A DNA stretch of 64,000 nt from Octopus sinensis (taxonomy: Eukaryota). Shown here piece after piece: positions 52,151-64,000 of the stretch (position 1 is the stretch's first letter; each line of letters opens with the position of its first letter). The stretch is from contig NC_043007.1 in NCBI RefSeq assembly GCF_006345805.1, positions 57,350,001 to 57,414,000 of the forward strand, in the 5' to 3' direction. A model generated the notes under the pieces. It saw only the letters and a list, made by a program, of their open reading frames with translations. It ran no database searches and was not told the origin of the DNA. The translations under genes and the position numbers were made by a program.

Positions 52151-54962
52151 AAGCCACTCTATGTTAATCTCATTAATAATCTTGCGGTCTAGATTTGTGC
52201 AACAAGCAAAACTAATATCATAGAGCATTAGTCTAGCCTCGCCAATCCCTTCGAGTTCAAATAAGACTGTCAACTATAAAACAGCTACCAATCCTGACAG
52301 AGTCCTTCTGCAGGATGTTCCGTTTAATCGTATAGAACCACGTATTTGTAATTGTTTAATGAAAGTAGCAATCAATCCTTAAAGCTTTAATCTTAAGAGG
52401 AGTACTTAATTAATTAATGTTATACTGTTAAATTAGGTAAGATCGTAGATGACAGCCGCCATATTACCACAGACGTTTGTTATATCAAATCTTCACGCCA
52501 CATTTGTGTTTAATCTCTAGAAACGTCTTACGAAGGTGAAATACTCTGCTTGCGTCCCAGCTATAATAATATGAAGGTGAAAATGTTAAAACTAAACCTA
52601 ACGTTCTAAGGAAAGCACCTCGAAACATAGCCATGAATAGCATGTTAACGGAGAGCTTAATTCACTGTGGAGAATACAGTGTTCAAGTATGCTGGATGGA
52701 CTCGTAAACATATGCCCTTCATGATTACGTTTGAGAAAAGTCCGGAGGAAGATATCCAAGGATTGAGAAGTCAGCACGTGATGTTAGATTTCGATTTATG
52801 CATTTGCACCGTCATATTATCGTAGTTGATGGGTGGGGAGAATGTATCCGCCTTTATAATGTTTCTAGTAATTAATGAAAGGTCAGTCGAGACGATTTGG
52901 TTATTGATAACGCAGCAGCAGTCAGACCATCAAAGTTGGTATTCCAGAAATAGTCTGGAACCAAGGTAGCAGGAAAATCAGTGTTGTACTGAATTCCAAT
53001 TAAGCAATAATTAATTAGCATTTCAGCTGGCATCAAACAATAAGACGGGTACAACACACCTACAAATATTGTGTAGCAATGAGAAATCAATATTGGCAAA
53101 TGAAATCTCAATCTACTTGCACAGTAATGCTGTTGAGAATATCATAGAAAGCGCAACATCAAATACCTTATTGTCCAAATTAAATTAGTGTGCAGCGCCA
53201 TAAGCATGATCCACAACATCGTCTGTAAATCAATGATTTTTTAATGAAATCTGGCCGAGAGAGAAACTGTGTGAGAGCATGTCAAAAGCTATTCAGATCT
53301 TGTTCTTATAGGCCTATTCCGTTTCCAGCACCATCGCCTGGCCTTTAGGTACTTTTAGAAGAATCCGCTCTGCTGCAAGCATTCAAACCACATCTGCCAT
53401 TAGGGGATGTCGTTCATCGGTCCTTTCTCACACCAATTAGGTATTACGAAAAAAAAATCATGGTTGATGTCCTCTTTCATCTGATTAATAAAAAGACGAT
53501 ATAATCTAAGAATTATGAACAAGGGACAGCATAAATACAGTTCAAAGCTGGACTAAATGTCTTGAGGTGATTACTAAAGAGTTTATGTTCGAAGTAAAAA
53601 AAAACTCGTTGAAACTGATTCTGACTTTCATTCTTAGTCAAGAAAACAAGAGCTAATTTCGCATAAGGGTCAATTAAATAGACTTCTTAAATTTCTTCAA
53701 ACTATCATTGGTCATGTCTTTAAGCAAGGTTTCTTAAAATGAGTCCTGTGAATAAAGTCTGGTGTTCCGTGAGATAAAGTGTCCTTTAATAAATTTTAAA
53801 AGTTTATTTTATAAACAAATGTTATTCTCCAAATAAGTTATATATTGTTATATGAATGTTACTCTCTCTGAATTAACCTAAGTTTCATTTAATACCTAAA
53901 TAGAAATAAGTGGGCAATGGGTTTTAACAAACAGGTATGGATTACGCAATTTCCCCGAAAATAGTGTAAAGGGTTCCACGCAAGAATAAGTTCGAGAATC
54001 ACAGAATTAAAAGAAAATAGTTGTTTGTTGAGAATTCATACCTCTCACTTTATGCTTTTTGCTTTTAAATTCTGACGTCAAATATAGAGAAGCTAGTGTT
54101 TTAACAACGCAAAGCCTAAATTCGTATACAAACACTGCACATTGTATTCGCAACTATTGTCCGTTATGTTTTTGTCTATGTTCTTAATATTTCTATCCAA
54201 GTTTTTATTGTTTCAATGATAATTATGATGATGATTGCTGAATGTGATGTACATAAATTGATGATCATGATGATAACAATAGTGATGGTGCTAGCAGTTG
54301 TTTAGCCTTTAGGTTTATTGCGATTAAACAGATCTATAATCAAAAGTGTCCCACTCGTGGTTATATTGTCCGTTTTTCAGACATGATGAATCTAATACTA
54401 TATTTGCTTCAAATTTTGGCACAAGGCCAGCAAGTTCGGTGGATGGAGTAAGTCCATTACGTCAACTCCTGTGCTCAACTGGTACTTATTTTATTGACAC
54501 CGAAAGGATGAAAAGCAAAGCCGATTCGCTAACGACCCTGCCAGCCTTAATCTAATACGATATATATATTGGCCAATGTAGATTGTATAACAGCTTTTGG
54601 GAAATGGCAAAAGAACAAAGGAAAATATGGCTGCTATTTCTAGCAATTCTGTTGACCATGGGGTTGGCAGAGATTTTCAATAGCTAAAGTAACTAGTGAC
54701 GGAGATGGAGATGGTAGTAGCGAGATCAGATGGTGATGGTAGGGAGTGAAGTGGTAGAGATTGTGATGATGATGTGATCAGGCGGTGATGGTGCAGGGAG
54801 AGGCGGTAGAGAGGATGAGGTGGGATGGAGATGATGATGGCGGTGTCTGGTGGTGAGGGTAGGAAGAAAGGGAAAGAGCCTATTTGTGCCGGCAGCGGAA
54901 ATCGAAGAGTTTAAATATATGTAGAAATAATTGAGAATGTAAAATATGTAAATAGAATATGA

Positions 54963-54995
<33 letters not shown>

Positions 54996-55290
54996 TGTAT
55001 GTATGTATGTATGTATGTATGTATGATTGTATGTATTTATACATGCATGTATGTGGAGAAAGAAAGGAGAAAAAAGAAAAATGTATATATCTATATGTAT
55101 ATGTGTATATACGTATCTATGTATATGTAAGCATATGTGCGTATATTTGTGTGCATGCATACATGCATGCATATATGTATGTATGTATTATGTAAGTAGA
55201 TATGTATGTATATATGTATGTATGTATGCATGCATGTATGGATAGATGGTTGGATGGATGGATGGTTGGATGGATGGATGGTTGGATGAA

Positions 55291-55327
<37 letters not shown>

Positions 55328-55336
55328 GTATGTGTA

Positions 55337-55414
<78 letters not shown>

Positions 55415-56161
55415 TTCACGTTGTGCTTGCGTCTGCAAGAGTTCAAAAGTCAAATTGTGGTGTAAAAAACTTCAAGAATAATAGACACGAGAAAAGAAGA
55501 ATGGAAAAAGAATAATGAAAATGAAGGGAATAGAAGGAATGCTGACTATGTATGTATGTATGTATGTATGTATGTATTTATGCATGCATGTATGTATGTA
55601 TGTATGTATGTATGTGTATGTATGTATGTATGGGCTGAATAAAGAGGGGTAGAATATATAAAGTCTATATTGAAGTGAAATTGAATGAAATTAAGGAAAA
55701 AAAATTAGGAGCAGCAAATATTAAACATTAACAACAAGAACAAGACAAGCACGAAAAGTAACAAGAAAATAAACAACAACGTAAATAAAGAGGGAGTAAA
55801 AAAATCCTGAATGTCAAGATAAAATCAAAAACAGTTGGTTGAACGCATAGAAAGCTTTTGTTTCTATTCATATTTAGTCTTCGTGTCTTCTCTATGTGTA
55901 CATACACATGCATGTTAGTATATATGAGAGTATGCATATGTGGTTGTCGGTGTGTTTAATTCTTATTTGTGTTCCTCATTATGGTGTCGTCGACATTGTT
56001 ATATCAAGATTTGTAAGATATTTTTTGTTGTTATAGTTTATTTGTGTTAGTTTTATTTACTCTAAACGTTTGTTGTGTTTGATGTTGTTGCAGCTTTTCT
56101 TGATCTTGATAGTTGAGGAGAGTGTCTTACACATGTCTGTTTATCCATATAAGTATACATA

Positions 56162-56212
<51 letters not shown>

Positions 56213-56624
56213 ACACACACACACATATATATACACATATACATTCATAGATAGATAGATAGATACAGAGAGAGATGCGTGAGCATAATATATATCTATA
56301 TATATATTATATCTATACATATGTATATCTATTTATACATGTATGTACACTTGCATATATATGTCATGCATGTGTGCGTGTGTATGTGCGTGCCTGCATG
56401 CGTTGGTACATGTGTATGCCTGTTGCATATATGCTGCGTATTTGAGCATGTCTTTTATATATGTATAGATATCAATACATAGAAATACACATGCCCTTAT
56501 TACAAAGATTGCATGAGTGTTTTATACACATCATATATCTATAGATGTGTATATGTGTGCGTGTCGATGTGTGTGTGAGTATCTGTATATATGTGTGTGA
56601 GTATGTGTATATATGTGTGTCTGG

Positions 56625-56655
<31 letters not shown>

Positions 56656-56784
56656 TGTATGTATGTATGTATGTATGTATGTATGTATGTATGCATGCAT
56701 GTATGTATGTATGTATGTATGTATGTATGTATGTATGTATGTATGTATGTATGTATGTATGAATGTATGTATGTATGCATAATT

Positions 56785-57330
56785 TATTGGGTGGCCAAAA
56801 AGTCGGTTCGGAAATTTAAGAGAAAATAAGACACAAATTTTAAACACAAAGTGAATTACTCAATCAGTGATATAAATATCGTTTCCTTCCAGTATCTTCT
56901 GGAAGTGTGCAGTCTGATATTGTCGAGATTAGCAAATGCTGGACGCTTCTGATTAACCTCTGCGTTTAATTTGCTCAGCTGCTAAGAGAACATATCTGAA
57001 ATGATGGCCCTGTCCGTGGAAAGATGCTCGTAGAAGACAACACCCTTTCAATTCCACCAAATTGAAAGCATAAGATTCTTTGAGTGAAGTTCTGTTTTGG
57101 GTGTTGTTTGTGGAGCTCGCTGCGCTTCCCTCGTGATCATTTGTGCTTCACAATTTTATAGACAATCCATTTTGCTTGAAAAAAAGGGTTTTATTTCCTT
57201 CACGTGACTGCAACGAATCACAGATAGAAATCCGTTGGGTGACGTTAGCTTCATTCACATGATGTGGAACACAAACATCGACTCTACTGACGTAATCAAG
57301 TTGATGCGGCTGATTTTCAACACTCGAATA
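56785..57330 (-). mobile_element. Mariner transposase fragment with one TIR
   Basis: YVSRVDVCVPHHVNEAN.TQRISICDSL, KWIVY, MLSIWWN.KGVVFYE, QLSKLNAEVNQKRP. TIR-like TATTGGGTGGCCAAAAAGT at 56785. Confidence 0.8.
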
Positions 57331-57468
57331 TTTAGAGACTGAACCCAGAACCATGTGGTTGGGAAGCAAGCTTCTTTCCACACAGCTATGTTGACGCAAA
57401 CATTAAAATAAAACTCAAAATTTGAGTATATGTATATTTTTCTTAATATTTAGCAGAAGCAACAGAGC

Positions 57469-57508
57469 GACTCAAATTTCGAGAGTTTCGTGCGTTGGCA
57501 CTTATCAA
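57469..57508 (-). ncRNA. Hammerhead-like core (U3:A8) lacking a clear stem I
   Basis: TTGATAA-GTGC caac GCAC-GAA-ACTC tcgaaattt GAGT-C. Confidence 0.5.
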
Positions 57509-57540
57509 AAGTGAAAGTGCCAATATCAATTTGCTATATT

Positions 57541-57623
<83 letters not shown>

Positions 57624-58758
57624 TATAGTATGTGTGTGTGTGTATAATGACTAATGCATACATTTTCACAATTGTCACCAAACTTTACATACACATTACT
57701 TATACCCCAAGGATTGTCATGCACTAAACATTTTGTCCAGAGCTCCCGAGTAAATGGACCTAGCTTTTTTGTATGTAGAGTCCTCCATACCTTTTTAATA
57801 TTTTTATAAAAGTGAAAGGATTTTGTCTATTTATTTACTTCGACTGTCCACCTGCCACGGTGATTAAATTGACCAGGCACACTGTACACGATGAATATCC
57901 AATACCGAATATCTTAACCTTCATATTTAAACTGCATTAAACTTTCGCGAGCTAACCATTACCTATTCTGAGTTACTTGAAAGGTGATGTTCCCTTCCAT
58001 CTCTTCTATTTTTTGATACCAATACGCTGTTTCACTTTAAGGATGCTTATTTACCCATCCATTATGGTATTTCGACTGTTGTCCATTGTTTCAAATACGT
58101 TTTAGTATTGTCGTTTTAGCCTTTTTTTAAACAATCATATATGATTTGTCTCAAAAACCAACTTTTAAATAAGAGTTTTGTTTTCACTAACGAAAGCTCC
58201 ATACCAATTTAATTTTATGCAACATTCGCTGTTATTTTATGCGCAGGCTATGTTGGAAGACAGAATAAAGAGGCTTTTGTTAGCTTGTCTCGCCAAAAAT
58301 ATATCTCCTTTGCTGTTGAAAAAAAAAAAAACTCGCAGAGGGGAAGTCTCAACATCTTCCTTTAATTTCTTTACACCGTTGGTGTGGTTGTTTCTGACAA
58401 GACATTTCGCTTTCATGTAAAATTATTATTTTGTAATCATTATCTGTAATCTACTCCCAAAACACTTCAGTAGCGCTACTTTGAATCGCTTGCACCTATG
58501 ATCATTAAAGTGCAACGACCTCCACAATAACCAGCCTTCAATTTGATTTTCCGTTCCTAGGTTAATCGGAAACAGATTGTCGTGCTACACATAAACATTC
58601 TCGGTTGTTCAATTATTTGGTGAAAAAGATACCACTAAAGCAAATTAAACCGTCCAATCCAAAGGACTGATGCGCTTGCTACTATATGTATCACATTTTT
58701 ATCTCATTCTGCTAATTTATATATATATATAATATATACACACACACGCAGATGCGTG

Positions 58759-58791
<33 letters not shown>

Positions 58792-58814
58792 AAACATATG
58801 TGTGTGTGTGTATT

Positions 58815-59240
58815 TACGATGGGCTTCTTTCAGTTCCCGTCTACCAAATCCACTCACAAGGCTTTGGTCGGCCCGAAGTTGTAGTAGAAGACACATACCA
58901 CACAGTAGGACTGAACCTGTAGCTAGGTAGCTGGGAAGCAATCTTCTTACCATACAGTCACAATATTTGTATATACATACGTATGTGCATGTATTATATT
59001 TATGCACGCATACACGTGCACACACACACACACATATACAAATACATGTGTATGCGTGTGTGCGCGCGCGCGCTTGTATATGTTGGTGTGTTTACGTCCC
59101 CGTAACCTAGCGGTTTGGCAAAAGTGACCGATAGAATAAGTACTAGGCTTACAAAGAATAAGCTCTGGTGTTGATTTGTTCGACTAAAGGCGGTGTTCCA
59201 GCATGGCCACAGTCAAATGACTGAAACAGGTAAAAGAATA
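58815..59240. mobile_element. SINE A head (minus, 58815-58962) and SINE A tail (plus, 59080-59240)
   Basis: Homology to 2740-3153. Confidence 0.75.
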
Positions 59241-59259
59241 CATATATATATATATATGT

Positions 59260-59292
<33 letters not shown>

Positions 59293-59307
59293 GATAGATA
59301 GATAGAT

Positions 59308-59378
<71 letters not shown>

Positions 59379-60409
59379 TGTATTCATACATATGTTCAGA
59401 CACTTATTGTTCCAATACAAAGTATACAGAAGAATGAAACAAAGAAAGATGAAGATAAAAAAAAGGAAACAGAAAGAAGGAAAGAAAGAAATACATAAAG
59501 AGAGAAATAAAATCGACAAAGAAAGAATGATGAAATTATGAAAGGGTTCGAAGAAACTGCAGAGATAGAGAAACGGACGGTGAATATATCGTGAGTGATT
59601 TGTTGGAAGACATCAGATGAGGTTATCGCCATATTACTATTTTTTTTCATTACTTATTTCTCAACATTTAACTCTTAATTCTGTCTGCTTGAACAGTGTT
59701 CTGATGTGATTTCTTCACACCAACTTATGAAATGTGAATGTTCTAGATGCTGGGTGAAATAAGCGGAAGATTGTTAACTGATGATAACAGTTGATGCAAA
59801 ATAATATGTGTACATAAATACACACACACACATACACACATGCCATACACGCACACTCACACATATCTATATAATGTATATAGAAGCAAAGGCCAATTGT
59901 TATAAACGTGTCCAGTTAGGTATTATTTTGACATTACACACACAGGAATGGGTGCACACACTCACACACATACATGAATGCACACACTCACACGTACGCT
60001 GCTGCACACTCCATCTGCATACACAGATACACAGTCACACACTTACATATACATATACTGTAAAGAAATTTACATGAACAATATAAGTGTAGAATAAACT
60101 ATATATATTGACATAGTGATTGTATATCTTAACGCATCAGTAGTTTCTTATCTCACTAAAACCTCATACAATCTTCAGACTATGAAAGTCTAACACATTC
60201 CACAAACGGAATGCAAAATGTGTGTGAAGTTGGCCGAATATATATTAAGCTTCCGATCACGGGTATTGTATGAAAAGTATTTTGAGGTGCACAGCTATTT
60301 CTGAACCTTCATGGGGAGAAAGGCCATGTTTGCTTTTGGATTTCATTGACCAAGTCATTTATGTGCTTTAGCAAAGAATTCGAAAGAAGGCTCAGTAAAA
60401 TACAGAAAG

Positions 60410-60727
60410 GACTGACCAAAGCCTTGTGAGTGTATATGGTAGACGGAAACTGAAAGAAGCCAACTGTATATAGGAAAATATGTGTGTGCGTGCTTGCGTG
60501 CGCATGTCTTTATGTGTCTGTGTCTATGCCTGTATATGCCCACCTACCACTTGACAATCAGTGCTGCTGTGTATATATCCCCGTAACTTAGCGGTTCGGC
60601 GAAACAGAATGATAGAATAAGTACCAGGCTTTAAAAAAAATAGTACTGGGGTCGATACATTCGACTAAAGATTCTTCAAGGCGGTGCCCGAGCATAGCCA
60701 CAACCTAATGACTGAAACAAGTAAAAG
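60410..60727 (+). mobile_element. 5'-truncated SINE A
   Basis: Homology to 2740-3153. Confidence 0.8.
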
Positions 60728-61010
60728 GTACAAGTTAGATCGGTCACATGATTTGCAATAGGAATAGGAGAATGTATTGGTTCCAGTTTTTCACTCTTAC
60801 CTATTTCGTCTGAACTGGGACTATGAAAAGCAAGGCTGATATGGGTGCGATTGGAACTCTGAACGCTATATAAGGCAATAGAATGTATTGCATAGCCTTT
60901 TGATAACCCCTTCGAGCGATGCAGCCAGGCCACAATATAGACATACAAGAGCAACTAATTAACATCCAAACGTATTTCCACTATCATACTCCTCCTCCTC
61001 CTCCTCCTCC

Positions 61011-61061
<51 letters not shown>

Positions 61062-61943
61062 CCATCATCATCATCAACATCGTCACCATTATCATCTTTC
61101 TTTCTTTATTTTTTCCTTCCTTCTTTCCTTTCTTTCTTTCTTTCCGCTGAGTTAAATTTCCAGTGCCTTCTATATCCCTATTTTCCTGTTCGCATCAATC
61201 CGTCAATATGTGTGTATGAGTGTTTGTGTGTGTGTGTGTGTGTGCGTGTGTGTGTGTGTGTGCGTCTGTATTCATATACATACATATGTATATATATGTT
61301 TGTGTGTGTATATATATATAAATACGCGCACGTGCTCGTATACATAAGCTTGAAGACAGGGAGAGAGAGAGAAAGAACGTGCTGAATGGTGCTGACAGAA
61401 AGAGCGACTCAAACGTGTATCTTTCCATCTCTTGTATTGCATTTATTTTTCCATAATCATCTTCATGTCCCTTCCTCTATATACACTGAAATACCATACG
61501 AACACACACATCTTTATTGTGCATCTATACGAGGGTATATATATATATATATATATATAAAATTGTGTGTGTGTGTAACATCTCCTCGAAACCTATTTAA
61601 GCTATCGCAGTTGATCGTTCACCCATATTAAGCAAGGCCACATGAGGTTTCCTACGTTCGTTAAATCACTGAACATACGACATTGTACAGCTAGACTAAT
61701 TGATCCAGAAATCTTCTTTTCGGCTAATAAATTTAACTACAATCTACTTGCGCTTCTGTTAAATTGTAATCGCCTGCAAATTTCCACATTCTATCCACAT
61801 AAGTAGTTAGGGTTAATTTACAGCAGAGCAATGAAATAATCCCACTCAACCACCAGCCCATTCTTCTCTTTCCTTTGCTTTCTCATTATAAGTGAGTGTA
61901 GTAATTATATCTGTTTTTGTGTGTACGTTTTTGTGTGTACACG

Positions 61944-62001
<58 letters not shown>

Positions 62002-62065
62002 CATAAATACATACATAACACTCATTCACAATCATAAGTATACACACCCACATATATGTGTGTGC

Positions 62066-62105
<40 letters not shown>

Positions 62106-62115
62106 CTCTCTCTGA

Positions 62116-62158
<43 letters not shown>

Positions 62159-62209
62159 TAGATTAACATATATACTCACGCATACACATGCGCGCGCACG
62201 CACACACAC

Positions 62210-62249
<40 letters not shown>

Positions 62250-62463
62250 CGTACATCACATTATCTCACATATATGTCAGTATGCATGTGTATGTGTGTG
62301 TGTGCTTGTCTGTCTGTTTCCATTCAGTATATTACATCATGTGAGACTCTACTCTATTTCTATTTACTATGCACAACGCACCGCTGAACAATTTTCCCTT
62401 AGCTTCATCATCACACGCGCACGCGCGCACATATCTGTGTGTGAGTGAGATAGAAAGAAAGAT

Positions 62464-62510
<47 letters not shown>

Positions 62511-62814
62511 GAGAACGAGAAAGAGTTTTATATTCATACAGTTATGTTTGGTGAGTAGATGGTACTAGAATCGTCGGAGCTTCGTTTTAAAAAGACCCTT
62601 ATGGTATTTGGGTACTTCTCCTCAAGTTCTTTGTTAAAATCCAGTTTTACTCTCCCATATTTTTTTCTTCCGAAGTCAAATGACATAAGTTCTGGTCGGA
62701 CGTAATCTTCTACGCCCCACCAGCCACATGACTGGAATGGTTTAATACGCACGTGTATGTGTGTGTGTAAGTGTGTTCTGTGCTTGTGCATATGTGTATA
62801 TCTATCTATATATA

Positions 62815-62915
<101 letters not shown>

Positions 62916-62921
62916 CATACG

Positions 62922-62952
<31 letters not shown>

Positions 62953-63327
62953 CATTGTTATATATTCCTTAAGGCACAGTGAAATTGACAAAGGAACTCC
63001 ATGACTGACAACTCAGCCAAATAGTTTCATTGTATATTTATCATTATTCAATCCACCATAACTATATGCAACCCAGACATTAGAGACCGACAACCTTCCC
63101 GTTTTTATTCTTACTTGAACCAACCAGGTTAATCTGCCATGCGATGATGCCCATGTGTATCAGTAATAAGTGGCCTAGCTCTCTCTCTCTCTCTCTTTCT
63201 CCCACCTCTCTCTCTCTTTCTCCCACCTCTCTCTCTCTCTCTTCTCCCACCTCTCTCTCTCTCTCTATCTATATCTCTTCCATCTTCCCATCTTCCCGTA
63301 AGACATGGTTCAACAGCTTCCACTTAC

Positions 63328-63352
63328 CTTCTTCTGTGCACTTCAGCGCCAT
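63328..63352 (-). CDS. Candidate ATG-containing first-exon segment (MALKCTEE-, phase 1) of an unidentified gene
   Basis: Minus strand GTGAAC-ATG-GCG CTG AAG TGC ACA GAA GAA G|GTAAGT: Kozak-like context and perfect donor, in unique sequence downstream of a CT-rich leader. Confidence 0.35.
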
Positions 63353-64000
63353 GTTCACGTGTTTTATGTGTAAAATCTGCAACCAGCTGCTCAAATTGCA
63401 ATATCCGAATAGAGAGCTGTCTTGCAGTAATCTGGTATACTTACTGTGTTGTTTTGTGTCACTGTGACACCTCGAACAAAAATATTAAATACATGTATGT
63501 GCCTGTGTGTGGCAGTGAGAGAGAGCAAGAAAGAGAGGAAAAGTTAATGAGAGAGCGAGAAAGAGCGAGAGGAAGAGAGAGAGGAGGGAGAGAGAGGTAG
63601 GAAGAAAGAGGGAGAAAATCAGTGTGTTCACACTGTGTCCCGCTGAATCTGTCTCAGAAATGCATCATTTATACACATTCGGTCAAAATGCTGTCCTAAA
63701 TTTACGAATAAATATCTAGAAATATATGTTTTTGTTTTCTAATTTTCAAGGGCTTCCTGAAAAAAATCCGTCCCGCGTGACAGAAATTGATCTCTTCAAT
63801 ATTTCAGCAATGAGATTCGATCTCTGTTACCAATTAGCTAGTCTGGCAAAAATGTTAAATACCAATAACGAATATTCTCATGCCTCTTCATAATTTTTTT
63901 CTTTTCCTTTTCTGTCTTCTCTTTATTATATGTGAAAGCAGAAGGGATGAAAGAAGCCTAAACAAGCATATCTCACGCTAAAGACAAGTTGATGACTGTG

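Noticed and set aside
58492-58585. GCAC-CTATGA...GAAA-CAGATTG-TC-GTGC possible hammerhead
   Set aside because: Core lacks G5 and stem II is mismatched at its base; counted only as a relic, not a feature.

Overview
Eukaryotic, AT-rich, microsatellite-saturated genomic DNA with one 100-N scaffold gap (28162-28261). The SINE families and (TA)n/(TACA)n/(CA)n landscape look like an octopod cephalopod (Octopus-like); this is inferred from recalled repeat families. There is no intact protein-coding gene, and nearly all ORFs in the track are microsatellite artefacts. The window is a graveyard of transposable elements: several tRNA-derived SINE families, five Tc1/mariner relics (DD34D and DD37D), a hAT Charlie/Buster transposase, a Ty3/Gypsy element lacking RT-RNaseH, CR1-, Tx1- and R4-like LINE fragments, a Penelope GIY-YIG fragment, Helitron and piggyBac MITEs, and an ORF1-only (HAL1-like) element. 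The most notable signal is a set of minimal hammerhead ribozyme (HHR) motifs from several unrelated small repeat families. Three of these families form head-to-head palindromes, one carries a compensatory U3:A8 core variant, one is preceded by a tRNA-like Pol III head, and one HHR (45275-45361) is fully canonical. This is consistent with non-autonomous Penelope-dependent, retrozyme-like elements. Two candidate minus-strand exons (63328-63352, 16850-16922) suggest much of the window may be intron of a large gene.
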